Shown piece by piece: positions 42,279-52,065 of a stretch of DNA of 64,000 nt (within the stretch, counting starts at the first letter, position 1; every line of letters begins with the position of its first letter). The position numbers and the translations under genes were made by a program. The notes under the pieces were generated by a model that worked only from the letters and a program-made list of their open reading frames with translations, searched no databases and was not told the DNA's origin. Source of the stretch: Hyphomicrobium sp. (GTDB taxonomy: Bacteria > Pseudomonadota > Alphaproteobacteria > Rhizobiales > Hyphomicrobiaceae); the NCBI RefSeq assembly GCF_036262015.1, contig NZ_DATAJR010000006.1, positions 22,955 to 86,954 of the forward strand, written 5' to 3'.

Positions 42279-43952
42279 CTAGGTTAATCCGGACTTCAAG
42301 GCCGCTGGTCTACTGCTGACAACATCGGCAGTATCCTCGTCGGACTCCGGACCTGGGTCGTCAGGCGCGCGCGGTGGAGTGAAAACCTTGGTGGGTGCGG
42401 AGCGGTGCGCCGAGTCGCTGCCACGACTATTGGTCCGGCGCGTGGCCGGAGTCGGCTCCGGTTCCACGACGGCAGCGTCGTCTTTGTGAGCCTCCTGCGG
42501 AGGAGCCGCAGGCGCCTTCTCATCGGCGGTTGGCGCAGCAGCCTTTGGAGGCTGCGTGTCTTCGCGCGAAATCGACACCGGCTCCGCCTTGACGATGACT
42601 GTCTCCGGCTCGCCAGACGCAATGAACTCCGTCAGGTCCGCGCCGAGAATGCGCTCCTCGCTGCCATCCGGTTCGTCGACTGGAACGCGCCATTCGAACG
42701 CGTCGATCTGGCCCGTTACGGGAGAGGTCGGTGCCCACCGGTCGGAGGTCACGCCGTCAGCGGTCCAGGCCGCATCGCGGGGTGCCGTGACGGCGCGTGC
42801 GAGCCACTCGCGCGCCCGTCCCTTGTCGCCGCTTTCCTCGGCTTCGATGCGCGCGAGGAGAGCCGCAATTCGCCGCGTCAGGCCGTTTTCGGTGAATGGC
42901 TGCAGAATGCGCCGCGCCTCGGCGTAGTCATGAGCCTCGATGGCCGCTAGCGCCACGGCGATCGAGCTTTCGATCGAATGCGGGTTGAGCGTGAAGAGCT
43001 GCTTCACGCGGTCGAGCCGGTCGCGCGGGCTGTCGCCGATGCGCGCGTAGGCATAGGCCGTCGCAAGCTCGGGATGCGGAGACTTCACCCATGTCTTCTG
43101 GATGACCTTCGCCGCGCGGGGCGTGTTGCCCCGCGCCGCAAGCAGCCGTCCCGCGATTGCGGCGGACGGAATGAGTGAGGGAGCAAGGCCATGTGCCTCA
43201 AGCGCGAGTGTGAGCGCCTTCTCGGGATCGTCCTCCTCGAGCGCCTGCGCCTGGGCGGTGAGAAGAATAGCACGACGCCGGTCGGCGGTCGGCCGATCCA
43301 CCTGTCCGTGCCGTTTGGCCAGCGCAAGCGTCGCAAGCGCCCCGTTCCAGTCGCCGGCCTGACATTGAAGGTCGAAGAGCGCCTCCACGGGCCACGACAG
43401 TTTCGGATTGAGCCGCAACGCCCGTTCGGCGAATTGGCGCTGCGCCTCACGCTCCCCCTCGCGCCCGGCTTCGAGGAAAAGACCTCTCAGACCCAGCTGT
43501 TCGGTATCGGGTGAAGCGAGCATGGCTTCGAAAATGCGCCGTGCGGTGGCTTTGTCGCCGGAGAGCTGGGCCGCTTGCGCACGCAAGAGGTGCGTCAGGG
43601 GCTCGTTCGGCAGGGACTTTCTCGCCTGGAGTGCATAGCGAGTGGCCATCGATTTGTCGCCTGCGCCGATGGCGATCATGCCGCTCGAGAGCGCATCGAG
43701 ACCGCGCCGCTGACGCCGCCGGGTCAGGAAGTGGCTGACCGCCGCCGGGCTCGACCAGATCTGTGTCAGGATCGTCCAGATGAGCAGCGCAAGACCGATC
43801 AGAGCGGCAAAGATGACGACCGCGCGGAACACGCTCGTTTCGATCTCATAGCCTTGCCATGTGATAAGGAGCGATCCAGGCCGATCCGCGAGCCAAGCCA
43901 GGCCCGTCGCAAGCAGGATCACACCGAGGAGAAACAGGACGAGACGCGTCAT
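42279..43952 (-). CDS. HemY-like membrane protein with TPR-like repeats
   Basis: HemY_N-type start (LADRPGSLLITWQGYEIETS), RRGLDALSSG, helical repeats, WAPTSPVTGQIDAFEW, disordered tail. Confidence 0.88.
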   Translation of the reverse strand: MTRLVLFLLGVILLATGLAWLADRPGSLLITWQGYEIETSVFRAVVIFAALIGLALLIWTILTQIWSSPAAVSHFLTRRRQRRGLDALSSGMIAIGAGDKSMATRYALQARKSLPNEPLTHLLRAQAAQLSGDKATARRIFEAMLASPDTEQLGLRGLFLEAGREGEREAQRQFAERALRLNPKLSWPVEALFDLQCQAGDWNGALATLALAKRHGQVDRPTADRRRAILLTAQAQALEEDDPEKALTLALEAHGLAPSLIPSAAIAGRLLAARGNTPRAAKVIQKTWVKSPHPELATAYAYARIGDSPRDRLDRVKQLFTLNPHSIESSIAVALAAIEAHDYAEARRILQPFTENGLTRRIAALLARIEAEESGDKGRAREWLARAVTAPRDAAWTADGVTSDRWAPTSPVTGQIDAFEWRVPVDEPDGSEERILGADLTEFIASGEPETVIVKAEPVSISREDTQPPKAAAPTADEKAPAAPPQEAHKDDAAVVEPEPTPATRRTNSRGSDSAHRSAPTKVFTPPRAPDDPGPESDEDTADVVSSRPAALKSGLT

Positions 43953-43966
43953 CGGTCACTGTCCTC

Positions 43967-45727
43967 TCAATGATTGGAAGGTGCGGGCGCCGGCGTCGCA
44001 GGCGCTGGAGAAACATCCGCCGCACCGGAGAGCGACGCCTTGAGCCGGCCATCGAGCGTGGCGATGGCCTGATCGACCGAGTGGCGTGCGGTGACCTTTT
44101 GGAGCCAGTCCTCGATCGCGGGCTGTGCCCGTTGCGGCAATGCTTTCGCCTGGGCGATTACATCGCCCAGCTGGCCGTCGTTGAGAGCGGACTCGATCCG
44201 CGCAACGATAGCCTCGGTGCTCGTATCGTCGGCCTCATGACTGACCTTGCGCACGCGCACGACCGACTTCGCGCCCGACCAGAGACGATCGATGACGGAA
44301 CCGTCGGCGGGTTCGAGATCAGCGTCGATGACGGCATTCATCACGGGGCGGAAATCGGCCTTCAGCTGTGCGAGCGTGGCGACGCCGGTGTCCTTGAATT
44401 TATCGAGCGGGCCCAGATCGAGTTGCCCGGCCGATGCCTTGCGCACCTGTTCGAGCTCGACGGCATAGCCTTGCCCCTGTCCGCGGTCGAGCGCACGCTT
44501 CAGGTTCGAAAGCTCGAGCGAGAGCACGATACGCTCGGCATCCTGCTTACGGCTCTGCTCGCTTTGCACGACATTCTGTACGTTCTGCTCGAGTTCGGCG
44601 ATCTTGGTGCTGACCGGACCGATGGCAGCGGAAACGTCTGCCGGACGCGTGACGGACTTGAGCTGAGACTCGACGGAGCTGCGAAGCTCTCCGACGACAC
44701 TCGACAGCCGAGCGGTCTCTTCCCGTACGGCCTCAACAGCCGCCGAAAGCCGGTCCGTGCTGGCCTTCTGTGCTTCAACCTGCTGTGTGCCGCGTGCCTG
44801 GTCGGTCCGCACCTGCGTCAGTTCGCGGTCCAGGCGAGACGAGGCGGCCTTGGCGGCTTCGCTGGCTTCCGCGGTGGCCGCGATGCGTTGCTCGATGTCG
44901 GCAGGCAGCCCCTTGCGCAGGCTTGCGATCTGATTGGCCAACGACGTTTCGAGATCGGAGATCTTGCCCGTAACAGCCGCGAGCTGGGGCAAACGGCCCT
45001 CGGAGTCCGGCGCGCTGGCGGCGATCATCGCAAGCTGTTCCTCGAGCTTCGCCAGCCGCTCGCCGCTGGCTGCGGCACCACTGTTTTGGGTGGTCTCAAC
45101 CAGAGATTTCGTCTCGGCCTGGAGCGAATTCTGTGAGTCGCGGAGCGCGATGACGTTTTGCTCTAGCTCCTGGAGCTTCGCGAGCTGGCGTTCCGCATCG
45201 TCGATCTTCGCATTGAGCGCGCCGATATCCGCGCCGTCTTTCGGTGCGGCTTCGAGCGTGGCGATGCGGGCCGAGAGTTGCGCCGTGGGACTGTTCGGCG
45301 GTTCGGGAAGGAATGCGGTACCGGCATAGACCAATCCGCCACCGACGAGGCCGGCAAGAAGGTGCGAGAAGAACCCGCCGCCGCCGGTCGTCGCTGTGGG
45401 AGCTGGTGCAGGCTCTGTCTTGCTCCCGGTCGACTTCGGCGCCGCTCCTGGGTCTGATGGCTTGGCGGCACCTGCAGGAGCCGACGGCGCGGACGGTTTC
45501 GAGCCAGTCGACGCCGTGGACGCACCCGCTGCGGATTGGCTAGCGGACGATGAACTGGCTGCTGAGGCGCTCGATGACGGCTGCGATGGCGATGCGCCGC
45601 TTGCGCTGGTCGACGGCGTAGCAGGCGCGCGCACTTCCGTTGCCTTCAGGTCGAGCGTTGCGTGAGGGCGCTTGACGCCAGGACTGTCGGTCCGGCCAGC
45701 AACCTTCGGATCGGGCTTGTCGATCAT
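43967..45727 (-). CDS. COG4223 mitofilin/Mic60-like inner-membrane protein
   Basis: KRPHATLDLKA start, low-complexity region, one TM, long coiled coil, C-terminal mitofilin-type domain; between hemD and hemY. Confidence 0.85.
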   Translation of the reverse strand: MIDKPDPKVAGRTDSPGVKRPHATLDLKATEVRAPATPSTSASGASPSQPSSSASAASSSSASQSAAGASTASTGSKPSAPSAPAGAAKPSDPGAAPKSTGSKTEPAPAPTATTGGGGFFSHLLAGLVGGGLVYAGTAFLPEPPNSPTAQLSARIATLEAAPKDGADIGALNAKIDDAERQLAKLQELEQNVIALRDSQNSLQAETKSLVETTQNSGAAASGERLAKLEEQLAMIAASAPDSEGRLPQLAAVTGKISDLETSLANQIASLRKGLPADIEQRIAATAEASEAAKAASSRLDRELTQVRTDQARGTQQVEAQKASTDRLSAAVEAVREETARLSSVVGELRSSVESQLKSVTRPADVSAAIGPVSTKIAELEQNVQNVVQSEQSRKQDAERIVLSLELSNLKRALDRGQGQGYAVELEQVRKASAGQLDLGPLDKFKDTGVATLAQLKADFRPVMNAVIDADLEPADGSVIDRLWSGAKSVVRVRKVSHEADDTSTEAIVARIESALNDGQLGDVIAQAKALPQRAQPAIEDWLQKVTARHSVDQAIATLDGRLKASLSGAADVSPAPATPAPAPSNH

Positions 45728-45780
45728 GGGAGCAGGGTCTCCAGGGGCTGTGGTCGCATCGCGGGGGGAGCGGGAGCGGC

Positions 45781-46509
45781 CTAGACTGAGTCTGACGCCT
45801 CGCGGGCAATAAGGGCAAGCATTTCTTGAGAGTTGGGCAAGCGGGCGACCACCGTCTTAACGGTCCCCAAGGGACAAAGCTCCCGGGCAACCGCATCGGA
45901 CAGGCAGAAGTGCACGACCTTCCGCGTCTCGGCTACAAGTCCGCCATCGGCGGCTAATTTGGCGTAAACCCTGGCAGTTCTGGGCGACATCAGCACGACG
46001 CCGTCGATGCGATGGTCCCTGAGGGCCGTTGTCGCATCGGCTGGGAGCGTGCTGACCGGGTCGGTTCGGTAAACGACCTCCGTTCGCACCTCAAATCCGT
46101 CTCCAGCCAATGCGCCCTTGAGGTCGAACGCCAGCGTTTCAGCTGCAAGATGAACCAGGGCACCGGCTCCGGGGTCAATCGTTTCACGGATAATCTCTGC
46201 CAGCTCGCGCCCCGTCCCCGGTCCCTCGATGACCTGGCGAAAGCCGAGTTCGCGCCCAAGCTCTCCCGTACCCGGACCGACGGCCAGCAACGGCAGCGAT
46301 TGTGCGTGCTCGGGCAACGGCGCAACCGCCTTGAGGCCATTGCGGCTGGTGGCAATGAAGCCCTGAACGCCCGCGAGCGAGGGCAGCTTGCCCACTGTGT
46401 GCACCGTAAGAAGCGGAGCGTGCGTGATGCGATGCCCCGCGGCTATCAAAGCCAAAGCGAGCGGATCCGCATCCGGTCCCGGATCGGGTCTTGTGAGGAG
46501 GAGATGCAT
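45781..46509 (-). CDS. hemD: Uroporphyrinogen-III synthase
   Basis: LLLTRP, ATSRNG, VGPGT, VVYRT, MSPRTA; overlaps the hemC stop. Confidence 0.92.
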   Translation of the reverse strand: MHLLLTRPDPGPDADPLALALIAAGHRITHAPLLTVHTVGKLPSLAGVQGFIATSRNGLKAVAPLPEHAQSLPLLAVGPGTGELGRELGFRQVIEGPGTGRELAEIIRETIDPGAGALVHLAAETLAFDLKGALAGDGFEVRTEVVYRTDPVSTLPADATTALRDHRIDGVVLMSPRTARVYAKLAADGGLVAETRKVVHFCLSDAVARELCPLGTVKTVVARLPNSQEMLALIAREASDSV

Positions 46510-47465
46510 CACGACGTCCGCGTGAAGATGGCCTGTGCTCCCCGCTCGAGCAGGACGTCGGCTGCCGCCGCTCCCAGAGCTGCGGCCTCAGAAGCAGGTG
46601 CGTCACGATCGATTTCGAAGCAGGCCGTTCCGTCGGGCGAGAAGGTCATGCCGCGGAACACGAGAGTTTCGCCCTCCAGCCGCGCAAGCCCTGCAATCGG
46701 CGTGCGGCATGAGCCTTCGAGCCGCGCGAGAAACGCGCGCTCGGCTGTAACGCACAACGCCGTCGGCTCATGATTGAGCGGCGCGAGGAAGCCTTTTGTC
46801 GCGCTGTCGTCTTGACGGATCTCGATGGCGATGGCGCCCTGCGCCACGGCGGGCAGCATCTCCTCGGTCGCGATCGCCGACGTAATGCGGTCTGCCATGC
46901 CCAGGCGCTTCAAACCCGCACACGCGAGCAGCGTCGCGTCCGCGACTCCATCGGCGAGCTTTTTGAGGCGCGTCTGCACGTTGCCACGGAACCCGACCAC
47001 CGTCAGGTCTGGACGGATACGCTTCACCTGCGCTTGTCGCCTGAGGCTCGACGTGCCGACCACGGACCCTTCCGGCAAGTCCGCAAGCGAAGCGTACTTG
47101 AGGGAGATGAAGGCATCGCGCACGTCTTCACGCGGAAGCACCGCTCCGATACCGAGGCCTTCGGGGAGCTCGGTCTGCATGTCTTTCATGGAATGCACGG
47201 CGAGATCGATCTCGTTCGCGATCAGCGCTTCCTCGATCTCTTTGGTAAAGAGACCTTTTCCGCCGACCTCCGCGAGCGGCCGGTCGAGGATCATGTCGCC
47301 CGTGGTCTTGTAGACCCGGATCTCGATTTGCTCCTCGCTCAGACCATGAGCCGCCATCAGCCGATCCCGGACCTCGTGGGCCTGGGCGAGTGCGAGGGGC
47401 GAACCGCGCGTTCCGATACGAAGGGTGCGAGCTTGCAAGTCGAGGGCTCCAAGTGTTAGGGCCAC
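46509..47465 (-). CDS. hemC: Hydroxymethylbilane synthase
   Basis: [41 protein letters not shown]. Confidence 0.97.
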   Translation of the reverse strand: MALTLGALDLQARTLRIGTRGSPLALAQAHEVRDRLMAAHGLSEEQIEIRVYKTTGDMILDRPLAEVGGKGLFTKEIEEALIANEIDLAVHSMKDMQTELPEGLGIGAVLPREDVRDAFISLKYASLADLPEGSVVGTSSLRRQAQVKRIRPDLTVVGFRGNVQTRLKKLADGVADATLLACAGLKRLGMADRITSAIATEEMLPAVAQGAIAIEIRQDDSATKGFLAPLNHEPTALCVTAERAFLARLEGSCRTPIAGLARLEGETLVFRGMTFSPDGTACFEIDRDAPASEAAALGAAAADVLLERGAQAIFTRTS

Positions 47466-47492
47466 GGCCTAACCGGCCGCGCGGCGCCATTA

Positions 47493-48644
47493 ATGCCCCC
47501 GCACGGCTGCGAACGCAAACGGGACCAGGACGTGCCGGCGGAAGAGAGTAAATCGAAGCCTTCGGGATCTCCGCTCGTCGTGCTCGGCATTGAGACGAGC
47601 TGCGACGAAACAGCCGCGTCCGTCGTGTCGTGGGACGGCGCGGCACGGGGCCGTATCCTGTCGAATGTGGTCCGATCCCAGCTTGCCGAGCACCGGCCTT
47701 ACGGGGGCGTTGTGCCGGAAATTGCTGCGCGCGCCCATGTCGATTGCCTCGACGCAATCATTGCGGCGGCCCTGGACCAAGCCGGCGTCAGCCTAGCTGA
47801 CCTTTCGGGCATAGCCGCGACCGCTGGGCCCGGCCTCAACGGCGGGCTGGTTGTGGGGCTTGTGACAGGCAAGGCCTTGGCGCTGGCGAGCGGAAAACCC
47901 TTCCTTGCCATCAATCACCTGGAAGCACACGCGTTGACGGTTGGTCTGACCGACGGTCTCCCGCCGCCTTATCTTATGCTTCTGGTCTCCGGCGGGCATA
48001 CGCAAACGTTGCTCGTTGAGGATGTGGGCCGCTATCGCCGCTTGGGCACCACCATCGACGACGCCGTTGGAGAAGCCTTCGACAAGACGGCGAAGCTGCT
48101 CGGGCTCGGCTATCCCGGTGGACCGGAGGTGGAGCGGGCTGCGCGCTCCGGCGATCCGGCCCGGTTCCCGTTGCCCCGACCTATGCTCGGACGCGCCGAG
48201 CCTCACTTTTCCCTTGCCGGTCTCAAGACGGCGCTGCGCCAGCGCGCAGAGGCGGCGGCCCCCCTCTCCGAGCGCGACATCGCCGATCTCTGCGCGGCGT
48301 TCGAGGCCGCTGTGTGCGATGTCATCGCTGACCGTGTGGCGCGTGCGATGGAACTGGCCGAGCCGGCCTTCGGCCCCGGTGTGCCGCGTTGGCTCACGGT
48401 AGCAGGCGGCGTCGCGGCAAACAAAAGCATCTCCGCTGCACTCTCGAAGGTTGCTGGTGAGCACGGCTTTAGCCTCGCCGTTCCACCCCCCGCGCTCTGC
48501 ACGGACAACGGCGCGATGATCGCATGGGCAGGCGCAGAGCGGCTTGCCCGCGGCCTCGTCGACGGGCTGGACTTCGCTGCCAAGCCGCGATGGCCGCTCG
48601 ACCCCGGTGCGCCGGCCGCCATCGGAGCGGGCGTCAAGGCGTGA
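47493..48644 (+). CDS. tsaD: tRNA t6A threonylcarbamoyltransferase TsaD
   Basis: [48 protein letters not shown]; start may be GTG 47532. Confidence 0.96.
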   Translation: MPPHGCERKRDQDVPAEESKSKPSGSPLVVLGIETSCDETAASVVSWDGAARGRILSNVVRSQLAEHRPYGGVVPEIAARAHVDCLDAIIAAALDQAGVSLADLSGIAATAGPGLNGGLVVGLVTGKALALASGKPFLAINHLEAHALTVGLTDGLPPPYLMLLVSGGHTQTLLVEDVGRYRRLGTTIDDAVGEAFDKTAKLLGLGYPGGPEVERAARSGDPARFPLPRPMLGRAEPHFSLAGLKTALRQRAEAAAPLSERDIADLCAAFEAAVCDVIADRVARAMELAEPAFGPGVPRWLTVAGGVAANKSISAALSKVAGEHGFSLAVPPPALCTDNGAMIAWAGAERLARGLVDGLDFAAKPRWPLDPGAPAAIGAGVKA

Positions 48645-48729
48645 TCTGTTGTGAGTTGATATCGACGACCATTGAAGCGTCGCAGGTCTGCGCCATGCTA
48701 TGCCTACGGAACGAAGGGATGGGCCAGTC

Positions 48730-49725
48730 ATGAGCATGGATCGAATTGGTGTGATCGGCGGCGGCGCTTGGGGCACAGCGCTCGCGCAGACGTTGGCGCT
48801 CTCCGGCCGCGACGTTGTGCTCTGGGCGCGCGAGCCCGAAACCGTGGACGACATCAACACGCGCCGCGTCAACCGCGCGTTTCTTCCGGGCGTCTCGCTC
48901 GATCGGCGGATCTTGGCGACGGAAAAGATCGCAGACTGCGCAGCGGCGGATGCGATCCTGCTGGTCTGTCCGGCCCAGCACGTCCGCTCGGTGACAAAAT
49001 CCCTCGCCGCAGTCGCGCGTCCCGGTCAGCCGCTGATTGTCTGCGCCAAGGGCATTGAGCAGACGACCGGCAAGCTCCTGGGGGAAGTCGTCGCCGAAAC
49101 CGTCCCCGACATGACGCTGGCCGTTCTGTCAGGTCCGAGCTTCGCCGCAGACGTGGCCCGCGGACTTCCCGCAGCGCTCACCATCGCCTGCCGCGACGAG
49201 CGTCTGGGAAAAGTGCTCGCCGAGTGCATCGGTGATCGCCAGCTCCGCCTGTATTGGTCCGACGATATTGTCGGCGTCGAGCTTGGCGGCGCACTCAAGA
49301 ACGTACTCGCGATTGCAGCCGGCATCGTCGATGGCAAAGGGCTCGGAGCTAGCGCACACGCGGCGCTGGTCACACGCGGATTCGCCGAATTGCGCCGCCT
49401 TGGCCGCGTGCTGGGCGCGCGTCCCGAGACCATGATGGGTCTGTCAGGTCTCGGTGACCTGGTGTTGACCTGCGGGAGTCCTCAGTCCCGCAACATGAGC
49501 CTCGGTCGCGCGCTGGGGCACGGAGAGACGCTGACAGCCGTGCTTGGTTCGCGCGTCTCGGTGACGGAGGGCGTTTACACGGCTGCGGCCGTCGTTCGCC
49601 TAGCCGAGGAAAAGCGCATTGAAATGCCGATTACCGAAGCGGTGCATGCCATCCTCGAAGGCCGCGTGTCGGTCGATGACGCGATTGCCGGCCTCATGAG
49701 CCGCCCCTTCAAGGCCGAGGACTAA
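48730..49725 (+). CDS. gpsA: NAD(P)H-dependent glycerol-3-phosphate dehydrogenase
   Basis: GGGAWGTA, LSGPSFA, GALKNVLAI, GLGDLVLTC...SRN. Confidence 0.96.
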   Translation: MSMDRIGVIGGGAWGTALAQTLALSGRDVVLWAREPETVDDINTRRVNRAFLPGVSLDRRILATEKIADCAAADAILLVCPAQHVRSVTKSLAAVARPGQPLIVCAKGIEQTTGKLLGEVVAETVPDMTLAVLSGPSFAADVARGLPAALTIACRDERLGKVLAECIGDRQLRLYWSDDIVGVELGGALKNVLAIAAGIVDGKGLGASAHAALVTRGFAELRRLGRVLGARPETMMGLSGLGDLVLTCGSPQSRNMSLGRALGHGETLTAVLGSRVSVTEGVYTAAAVVRLAEEKRIEMPITEAVHAILEGRVSVDDAIAGLMSRPFKAED

Positions 49726-49809
49726 CCCTTCGGCTTGGCGTCTTGAGCCTCGTCGAATATGGCGTAAGGTTCGACGCGAACCCGAGTTCCGATGTGCGAG
49801 ACGACTGCA

Positions 49810-50250
49810 ATGGCTTACTGGCTGCTCAAATCTGAACCCGATGCGTTTTCGTGGGACGACCTGGTCGCCAAGGGCGCCAAAGGCGAACCTTGGTCGGGCG
49901 TTCGCAATTTCACCGCCCGCAACAACATGAAGGCCATGCAGCTCGGCGATCTCTGCTTCTTCTACCATTCGAACATCGGCAAGGAAGTCGTAGGCATCTG
50001 CGAGGTGATCGCGCTGGCGCATCCGGACCCGACTGACGACACCGGCAAATGGCAATGCGTCGACGTGAAGGCGATCGAGCCCCTTCCACGTCCGGTGACA
50101 CTGGAAGCTGCGAAATTGAACCCCCGCCTCGCCGAAATGTCGCTCGTGACATCGTTCCGTCTGTCGGTTCAACCCGTGACCGAGAAGGAATGGGCCGAAG
50201 TCTGCAAGATGGGCGGCTTGGCGCCGACGAAGCGCGCGAAGAAAGCATGA
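49810..50250 (+). CDS. EVE domain protein
   Basis: MAYWLLKSEP, WSGVRNFTARN, FFYHSN, LSVQPVTEKEW. Confidence 0.95.
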   Translation: MAYWLLKSEPDAFSWDDLVAKGAKGEPWSGVRNFTARNNMKAMQLGDLCFFYHSNIGKEVVGICEVIALAHPDPTDDTGKWQCVDVKAIEPLPRPVTLEAAKLNPRLAEMSLVTSFRLSVQPVTEKEWAEVCKMGGLAPTKRAKKA

Positions 50251-50936
50251 CCAGAACCAATCCCACAGTTCAAACGCCGTTGGATCCCAACGACGACGTG
50301 TCCGCGCGCAGCTTCATCGAAGCCAATACGCGTGTGCTCTCGCCTCCGTTGGTGCCGGAGATAAAGCTTCACCTCGCCGAGGAGAGTGTGCCGATCTGGC
50401 AGAAAACCGAGGAGGAGCTGGGCGAGATGAACGTCCCGCCCCCGTATTGGGCCTTTGCATGGGCCGGCGGACAGGCCCTTGCCCGCTATTTGCTGGATAA
50501 CCCGGAGCTCGTTGCGGGGCGTACGGTGCTCGACCTTGGCTCAGGCTCGGGACTGACCGCGATCGCGTCCAAGCGGGCAGGTGCGGTGCATGTGCTCGCG
50601 GCGGATATCGATGCCCTGGCGCTCGCGGCGGTCCGGCTCAATGCGGCGTTGAACGACGTGGGTCTCGAAACCACCGACGACGATCTGCTCGCGCGTGCGC
50701 CGGCGCGAACGGATGTCGTTTTGGTCGGAGATCTGTTTTACGAGCGCGAACTCGCGGAGCGCGTTACGGCGTATATCGAGTGGGCTGCGGCGGCGGGCGC
50801 GCGCGTGCTGATCGGCGATCCAAAGCGCAGCTATTTTCCGGCAGGCCGGTTCACGCTTGCGGCGGAGTATCAGGTTCCGGTCACCCGCGAGCTTGAGGAT
50901 GCCGAAATCAAACGCACGTCCGTGTGGCAGCTCTGA
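50247..50936 (+). CDS. METTL20-like (COG3897) SAM-dependent protein methyltransferase
   Basis: PPYWAFAWAGGQALARY, VLDLGSGSG, GDLFYE, GDPKR; ATGA overlap with the EVE gene. Confidence 0.88.
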   Translation: MTRTNPTVQTPLDPNDDVSARSFIEANTRVLSPPLVPEIKLHLAEESVPIWQKTEEELGEMNVPPPYWAFAWAGGQALARYLLDNPELVAGRTVLDLGSGSGLTAIASKRAGAVHVLAADIDALALAAVRLNAALNDVGLETTDDDLLARAPARTDVVLVGDLFYERELAERVTAYIEWAAAAGARVLIGDPKRSYFPAGRFTLAAEYQVPVTRELEDAEIKRTSVWQL

Positions 50937-50944
50937 TCGCGGAC

Positions 50945-51202
50945 CTATTGAGAGGTATCAGGCTCGGTGTGGCGGCGAAGGAGTTTGCTGTGCAAGGCAC
51001 GCGCTGTCGCTTCGATTTCCTTCAGCCGTCCGTGCCTCATTTCCGAGGCGACAATCTTCATCGCGGCCGCGAGCGTGACCGGATGGGACAGACCATATCG
51101 AACCATGATCCGGAGCGCCTCTTCGTCGGCCGTATCCTCAAGCTGGATAGGCTGACGCATGCGCGCGATCATATCCTCCAGAACCGGGTTCCGCGACGTC
51201 AT
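50945..51202 (-). CDS. Small hypothetical protein (85 aa)
   Basis: ATG preceded by GGGAGGGA; fills the gap between the methyltransferase and the tRNA. Confidence 0.65.
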   Translation of the reverse strand: MTSRNPVLEDMIARMRQPIQLEDTADEEALRIMVRYGLSHPVTLAAAMKIVASEMRHGRLKEIEATARALHSKLLRRHTEPDTSQ

Positions 51203-51245
51203 GGCTGGTTCCCTCCCCAGGGGGGTGACGGCGTATTCGGAGGTT

Positions 51246-51272
51246 AACGCGCCAGAGCCCAGGTCCGGTTCC
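51246..51272 (-). promoter_or_regulatory. Near-consensus sigma-EcfG promoter for 50945-51202
   Basis: Minus strand GGAAC-N18-CGTT, spacer one nt longer than consensus. Confidence 0.35.
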
Positions 51273-51344
51273 GGCCGAGGGGATTTCGTAAGGATGCCGC
51301 ACCCCGCCGCGGCCCAAAGGGCGCGCTGAGGTGCGAAGTCGGTC

Positions 51345-51373
51345 TTGAACCCCGGACGAAATCAGCCTATCAA
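51345..51373 (+). promoter_or_regulatory. Sigma70-type promoter of tRNA-Thr
   Basis: TTGAAC-N17-TATCAA ending 38 nt upstream of the tRNA. Confidence 0.55.
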
Positions 51374-51411
51374 GGCGCGCCTACGGGCCCTCGAGGCCCC
51401 ACCAAGGCGCA

Positions 51412-51487
51412 GCCGCAATAGCTCAGTTGGTAGAGCACGTCATTCGTAATGACGGGGTCACAGGTTCGAGTCCTGTTTGCGGCACCA
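51412..51487 (+). tRNA. tRNA-Thr (CGT)
   Basis: 76-nt cloverleaf; anticodon stem CGTCA/TGACG around TT-CGT-AA; GGTTCGAGTCC T-arm; encoded CCA. Confidence 0.97.
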
Positions 51488-51540
51488 GCCATTTCAAACG
51501 CCTCACGACTTCAAAATCCATACGTAGCCGTCGTGGGTCT

Positions 51541-51720
51541 TTAAACCGCGAGTTGGTTGCGATTTCGCGACTCTTTCCAGGCGGTGAAGTCGATGACTTC
51601 GCCGGAACTCGACCGGGTAACCGGCCGGGGGCCGGCAAGAGCGCGTCGCTTGGCCAAGTTTTGCAGGAGCATGCCGAGGCTTGCGCCCAGGACGAGGAAG
51701 CAAAGGGTTTTCTTTTGCAT
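51541..51720 (-). CDS. Small membrane-anchored protein (59 aa), below the ORF-track cutoff
   Basis: Manual translation ATG 51720 to TAA 51541: MQKKTLCFLVLGASLGMLLQNLAKRRALAGPRPVTRSSSGEVIDFTAWKESRNRNQLAV; GGGGG upstream as possible RBS. Confidence 0.55.
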   Translation of the reverse strand: MQKKTLCFLVLGASLGMLLQNLAKRRALAGPRPVTRSSSGEVIDFTAWKESRNRNQLAV

Positions 51721-51974
51721 GGGGACCCCCGATAGAATCAGGCCCTCATTGTTCCCTAGCGATCGTCCTTGCCTCTAGTGCGGGAGAACCACAGCAGAGC
51801 GCAATCCCAGCTGCGGGGAGATAGTCCGCCGGGAGAGGAAGCGGCGAATCCGGGGATTCGAGGTTTCAAGTCGAGACGGCGGCCCGAAGGGAATCCGGGA
51901 CAGATCTTCGGCCTGTCTCGTTCCGGTGAATAGCGCGCCGTTCGGCAACCTTCGGCTCGTGCCTGATCTGCGCG

Positions 51975-52000
51975 GGAACGAATGCGCTGCTTCTCGCGTT
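51975..52000 (+). promoter_or_regulatory. Sigma-EcfG (general stress response) promoter
   Basis: GGAAC-N17-CGTT ending 65 nt upstream of ATG 52066. Confidence 0.7.
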
Positions 52001-52065
52001 TTTTCCGCGATCCAGTTCCTATCGTCGCAGATCGCCGGTTCAGTTACGCATCAAGGAGTGTCGCC

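Noticed and set aside
45400-45700. Ser/Ala/Pro-rich stretch at the mic60 5' end as a tandem repeat
   Set aside because: Low-complexity protein linker with no regular DNA repeat unit.
51751-51755. Sigma-EcfG promoter for the hidden 59-aa ORF
   Set aside because: A minus-strand GGAAC is present but no CGTT lies at 16-18 nt spacing.
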